Positions 58,888-64,000 of a stretch of DNA of 64,000 bases are shown here, one piece after another. The stretch's first letter is position 1, and each line of letters opens with the position of its first letter. The stretch covers positions 38,564,001-38,628,000 of the forward strand of contig OX597820.1 of the NCBI GenBank assembly GCA_951406725.2, in the 5' to 3' direction. Position numbers and translations under genes: made by a program. Source of the DNA: Octopus vulgaris. Lineage: Eukaryota. Under the pieces are notes generated by a model, which saw only the letters and a program-made list of their open reading frames with translations, was not told where the DNA came from and made no database searches.

Positions 58888-59100
58888 TCTCCCTTTTACT
58901 CTCTTTTACTTGTTTCAGTCATTTGACTGCGGCCATCCTGGAGCACCGCCTTTAGTCGAGCAACTCGACCCGGGACTAATTCTTTGTAAGCCCAGTACTT
59001 ATTCTATCGGTCTGTTTTGCCGAACCGCTAAGTGACGGGGACATAAACACACCAGCATCGGTTGTCAAGCAATACTCGTGGGGACAAACACAGACACAAA
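58885..59100 (-). mobile_element. 3' half of the CORE/OR2-like SINE
   Basis: Matches 26485-26696. Confidence 0.85.
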
Positions 59101-59140
59101 AACACACACGCACATATATTTATATATATACATATATATT

Positions 59141-59352
59141 ATATTAATTAGAGACAAAACCACTATTATGCAAATCAAACAAAGAAAGACTTAAGCCAAT
59201 ACATAAAATAATTTATATAACTTAAATTTAATTAAAATAAGCACTAATAGTGGTTTTGTCTCTAATTAATATAATATAATATTTTACTATAAAATTGGAT
59301 TCAATCCTAAATCTGATTTTTCCCTGTAAATTTGGATTTATTCCCTAATATT

Positions 59353-59357
<5 letters not shown>
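59141..59357 (+). repeat. Short fold-back insert in (TA)n
   Basis: Same family and layout as 24832-25036. Confidence 0.75.
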
Positions 59358-59419
<62 letters not shown>

Positions 59420-59584
59420 CATACATACATACATACATACACATACTTACCTATACATATATGTATGTATGTATGGATCTATATAAGTATAGAACACATA
59501 AACATACCTGTCTTAATATAAATGGCAAAGTCCACGTTCTCGACGAGTCACTGTCTCCAGTCAAAGTTTCATAAATGTTACGTA

Positions 59585-60107
59585 TCTCTCTATATATAAA
59601 CGGCAGTTTGTCTGTCTGTGTGTCTGTGTGTCTGTCAGGTTGTACCCTCACTCTGACCACGGCTTTCAACCGATTCTGATGAAACTTGACACACACATAG
59701 CCCAATGTCATAATTCAAAACTAACGCAGCGAAACTTTTGAAAAGTTCCCCCAGTTCTGAAAAAAATTGATAAATTCGACATGGAGTCGAGAATCTAAGC
59801 TTTTTATTTGCAACACATTTTCTGTTGTAGTTTTCGCAACTTGCAATCGATTTTCACCAAACGCATGGTGAAGCTTAATGTTACCATAAGAAACTTAATT
59901 CTGACGTTAGTTTTCCATGCAATACCTTACCGTTAAAAAAAATCGATAAAATCATGCCATTTTGGGAAATCGTGTTCAAATTCAAGATGACATATTTTCG
60001 ACAATATCTTTCACAAATTGGCAGGATTTTTTTTTAAATTCACAGCGAGCATCATGTCTGTTCCAGGGGCTCTTACATACCCGGGCAATGCCGGGCTATG
60101 CTGCTAG
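59585..60107 (+). mobile_element. Non-autonomous Helitron
   Basis: A|TC start, subterminal hairpin CCCGGGCAATGCCGGG, CTAG|T end. Confidence 0.8.
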
Positions 60108-60253
60108 TATATCTATAAAAGAATGGAGTAGGAGTCGATCATTTGTTATGGATAAAGGCAGTAGGTGGAAGGAATAGTTTAGCAGATTACAACTACCGTA
60201 AGCACCGCAACATATGTCGAATTGCCTGTTTCTGGTACTGACGAAAGCCCTAG

Positions 60254-60733
60254 AAATTTGCTTTACCAAATACAGAACTTTTAGAAATAGCAGCCAAAAA
60301 ATTTAGCCATTTCTTCTACTTTAAGAAGAGTCTCCCAGACAATGTATACTCATTCGTATGTTTTGAATTCGTTAGTACTGGATGTCGAAAATGGTTTGTT
60401 TGAGGTTACTCAGATCAGATGGGCATGTTCGAATTTTAGTGCTCTCAAATTTAAATTTAATGAAATCTCTGTGCTGATGACGGGAATGTTAGAATAGGGA
60501 CGTATTTCTAGCATCTCTATATCTGACTAACCCAGAAACATGTTCACAAGTAATCTAATTTCGAGTGAACTTTCGTTATTTTTTCCTCTATGTCTACGTG
60601 AATTGTTTTTGAGTATACATTGTCTGGGAGACTCTTCTTAAAGTAGAAGAAATAGCTAAATTTTTTGGCTGCTATTTCTAAAAGTTCGGTATGTGGTGTA
60701 AAGCAAATTTTTTCGCTGAACCCTAATTATATA
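60254..60733 (+). mobile_element. PLE pLTR-like fold-back insert with an internal hammerhead
   Basis: Arms 60254-60352 and 60610-60710, short tail. Confidence 0.8.
60470..60548 (+). ncRNA. Type I hammerhead ribozyme
   Basis: UGUG-CUGAUGA-cGGG..CCCa-GAAAC AU GUU-CACA; palindromic ACAUGU. Confidence 0.65.
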
Positions 60734-60982
60734 AAGTAATGTTTTATATATGTATATATATATAAAAGAAAATGAAGAAAATGCTGACAAAATAATTTAA
60801 GTAAGGGAGAGTGTATTTAATTAGGTGAAAGTTCTTTTTACCGGTTGCGCATTTGTTATGCTTATCAAAAGATATTTTTTTAAGAGAGATAGAGTTCCTT
60901 TCTGATAGATTTTTTTCTCTTATCCATATATATATATACATACATACATACATACACACACACATATATATATATGTATATG

Positions 60983-61034
<52 letters not shown>

Positions 61035-61041
<7 letters not shown>

Positions 61042-61101
61042 ATATTTCGGAATGGTCATATTGCCAGTTTAGCCAATAAAATCTTGCACAACAAATATTT
61101 A
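61035..61101 (+). mobile_element. ~65-bp minimal footprint of the 23199 PLE family
   Basis: Start of the inverted arm fused directly to the terminal AAATCTTGCACAACAAATATTTA. Confidence 0.8.
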
Positions 61102-61119
61102 AACGTATATATATATATT

Positions 61120-61150
<31 letters not shown>

Positions 61151-61419
61151 ACATATTTATGTGTGTGTCTGTGTTTGTCCCCATCGCCATCGTTTGAAAA
61201 CGGATGTTGATGTGTTTATGTCACCGTAACCTAGCGGCTTTGGAAAAGATAACGATATAATAAGTACTAGGCTTCAAAGTATAAGTCCTGAAGTCGATTT
61301 GTAGCACAAAAAGCTTTTAAAACGGTGCTCTAGTCAAATTATTGAAACGTTTAAAAGTATATTCCAAGCTTCTATTTAATTGCATTCCTAATAACTACAC
61401 CAATTTCATAAGCTAATAA

Positions 61420-61630
61420 TTCTTTTTACTTTAGGCACAAGGTCTGAAATTTTAGGAGGGGAAGATAAGTCGATTACATCAACCCAGTACTTGACTGGTA
61501 CTTATTTAATCGATCCCGAAAGGATGAAGGGCAAGGTCAGCCACAGCGGAATTTTAACTCAGAACGAAAGGATGGAAGAAATGTCCCTAAGCATTTTCCT
61601 GGGGTGCTAACGATTCTGCAAACTCGTCGA
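61420..61630 (-). mobile_element. SINE family C
   Basis: Homologous to 29586. Confidence 0.75.
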
Positions 61631-61929
61631 ATTAATTATATTAACTCATAATAAAAGCTGTTTTTGCTGGTTCATCTCTAAATTACAAGATGCATGCCAC
61701 CGAATGTTATTTCCTAACTGTAATTAAAATGCATCCTTTTAAAAGTTTGAAAACCCCTCACGGGTCCCATGAACTAGTTTTGTCGGACGACAGAAATCTA
61801 AGAATCGCAGGTGCTGGTTATTTGATAACAACGACGTAAACAGATGGTTGTGCGTTTACATTATTTTTGATTGGTTGTGTGCTAACCTTACTTTATGTAT
61901 TTTAGTAAGTTTCCACTCCGTTGGTTCGT

Positions 61930-62560
61930 CTATATATCAGTTCATTAGGAATGAAAAGACCAATTTCCTTATGCATCAAGTTTGACAGCCATTAACTCTA
62001 AAGCTTTATCTTGACAATTCTTTGTTTTAAAACATTGAAGATTTATATGATCACTTTTCGAAATGCAATTCATTATATTGTGAGTTTTCTCTGAGAAATA
62101 AATTTTTGTGTACGATTGATAGATTAAAAATTCGTGTTATTAATAAATATAAATTCCGTCATGGAACCAATGCATTCCAGACAGATCGAAACATCAATGA
62201 GATGTTTGGTGAAGATGTGGCGAATGAGGGCACTGGTTTAAAGAGTTGCAGTCCAGTGATTTTACTCTTGAAATTCAGCCCCGAGAGACCAAGGCTGCTA
62301 ATGATGAGCTGAGACCAAGGTGGATAATGTTGAGCTGGAAACTGTAGTGGAAGTGGATAAATCTCAAACTACGCGTGAGTTAGCAGCAATGCTTCATGTT
62401 TCGATTCCAACTGTATTGGGCCATCTGAAATAAATCAGCAAGGCAATGGAGCTGGGCAACTGGGTACCACACGAACTGAACCAAACATCAAATGACAATC
62501 ATCTTGAAACTTGCTGTCCTTTGCTATCACAGAATAAAAGCGAACCAGGTTTGCATCGTA
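61930..62560 (+). mobile_element. Mariner 5' fragment
   Basis: YKFRHGTNA..RNINEMFG; WVPHELN motif. Confidence 0.7.
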
Positions 62561-63349
62561 TAAGCATCGAATAAGCAAACATTCTCTGTACTAAATATTT
62601 GGCAGTATTTAGATCCGGCAATCTGTACAAGATGACCAGTATATACTGATAATTTGACCTTCTAAAAACAACAGAAATACAAGAGCATATGAAAGGCAGT
62701 TTATGCGGTCGATACACCTGCCAGAAATAGAGACTCAGTACACTCGAAATATATTTTACCGTGGAAAAACCATTAGGCGTTATTGATTATATTAAATATA
62801 AAAAATCGATGTAATCATCACAGATAAAATATATTTTCCCTTAACGTAGTCTTGATGATAAGTCACAAAAACGCAATATATATATATATATATAACCTTA
62901 CACATATGTACACTATTTATGCCTATCTGTCTGTCTGTCATTGACTACTTGTCTGTCTTACAAGGACCAAGTAGAAAGTTACTCACTTTGTGATCAAGAG
63001 TGCACTAAACCTCATGTGTGCGTATGTTCACATTTTTGCGGAGGTTTGTATGACCGAGTGTACTCGCGCCATGCATCTTGTCCAAGGGGGTTTGTTCATC
63101 CATATTTGTTAACGGTTATTTTTAATGCTTTCCCCGCTGGATTGCGTGTTCGTTTCTCTTTTTTGCCATGTTTAATTTTATTTCTGATCTATATAAACGA
63201 AGATATTTCCTCCGTCTCCCTGCTTTTTGTTCTACAAAACGGGAAGTTACATTGCAGAACAGTTATTTTAAAGAGTTGTATTTATTTATTACCCGACAAG
63301 ATACACCCGCACCGCCGGATGCTCCTGAACCAGTTGTTGAGTGTCCCAC

Positions 63350-63640
63350 TCATGAAGAATCGATGCTAGATGCGTCGAAACAATTGTCTGACAGCCATGA
63401 CTGGTTCCTCCTCCTCGTGAGACATGGTGCAGAGCCGTGCTGTGAAGTATAGGGTCTTCCAGCAGCCACTCTCTTGGCCCAGAGCAGCACTACCACCTCC
63501 AAGCACTTGATATAGGCTTCCTTGTTGATTCTGAGGCCGTGTGGCAAGATGAGTGGAGGCATAACGTTGCCATCACTACTGATCACTCCAAACACCATTA
63601 TGTCGACTGGATGTTTAGTTTTTATCACTCTCGGTACATG
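63350..63640 (-). mobile_element. Tc1/mariner-superfamily (maT/DD37D-like) transposase fragment
   Basis: KTKHPVDIMVFGVISSDGNVMPP..GLRIN..GRPYTSQHGSAPC..QSWL. Confidence 0.65.
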
Positions 63641-64000
63641 TGTTAAGATTGCACTCTTCAGACTGAAACCGAAATACTCTGAAATGTTCGTATTGGAGCT
63701 TCCTACGTTTCCAAAGTCGTTTCCAAATTTCTGGCAGAGTGAAATGCGTCATCGTGGTGTTTTGTTTTCTCACAGATGGTACCCAACTGACCCTACTATA
63801 CTGTGTAGTCCACAAAATCAAAAACAAACAAAACATATGTGGGAAATTAAAAATATAAAATTTCGACAATTTACCCATCGCACCTTATATATATGTATGA
63901 GTGTGCGTGTATGAGTGTGCGTGTATGTATGTATTTATGTATGTATGTATGTATGTATGTATGTATGTATGTATGTATGTATGTATGTGTGTATGTATAT

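Overview
AT-rich, microsatellite-dense eukaryotic DNA. The SINE and repeat repertoire resembles a cephalopod (Octopus-like) genome; this is an inference from recalled repeat families. I could not identify any host protein-coding gene, and most track ORFs are microsatellite read-through. The window is a mosaic of mobile DNA: a 5'-truncated CR1-type LINE, a stack of R4/Dong-type LINEs in (AAT)n tracts, an L1/Tx1 relic, Penelope-like element (PLE) fragments, mariner/Tc1 relics, Helitron/Helentron pieces and several tRNA-derived SINE families. The most interesting layer is not in the ORF track. There are about 11 minimal type I hammerhead ribozyme (HHR) motifs from about 8 families, intact or decayed. 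They include a young 361-bp tandem retrozyme-like repeat with a compensatory U3-A8 core and a tRNA-headed, HHR-carrying SINE-like element. Many of these inserts share one fold-back architecture (inverted arm, then direct arm, then extra tail), mostly at (TA)n tracts. All folding and alignments were done by eye, and element ends are approximate.
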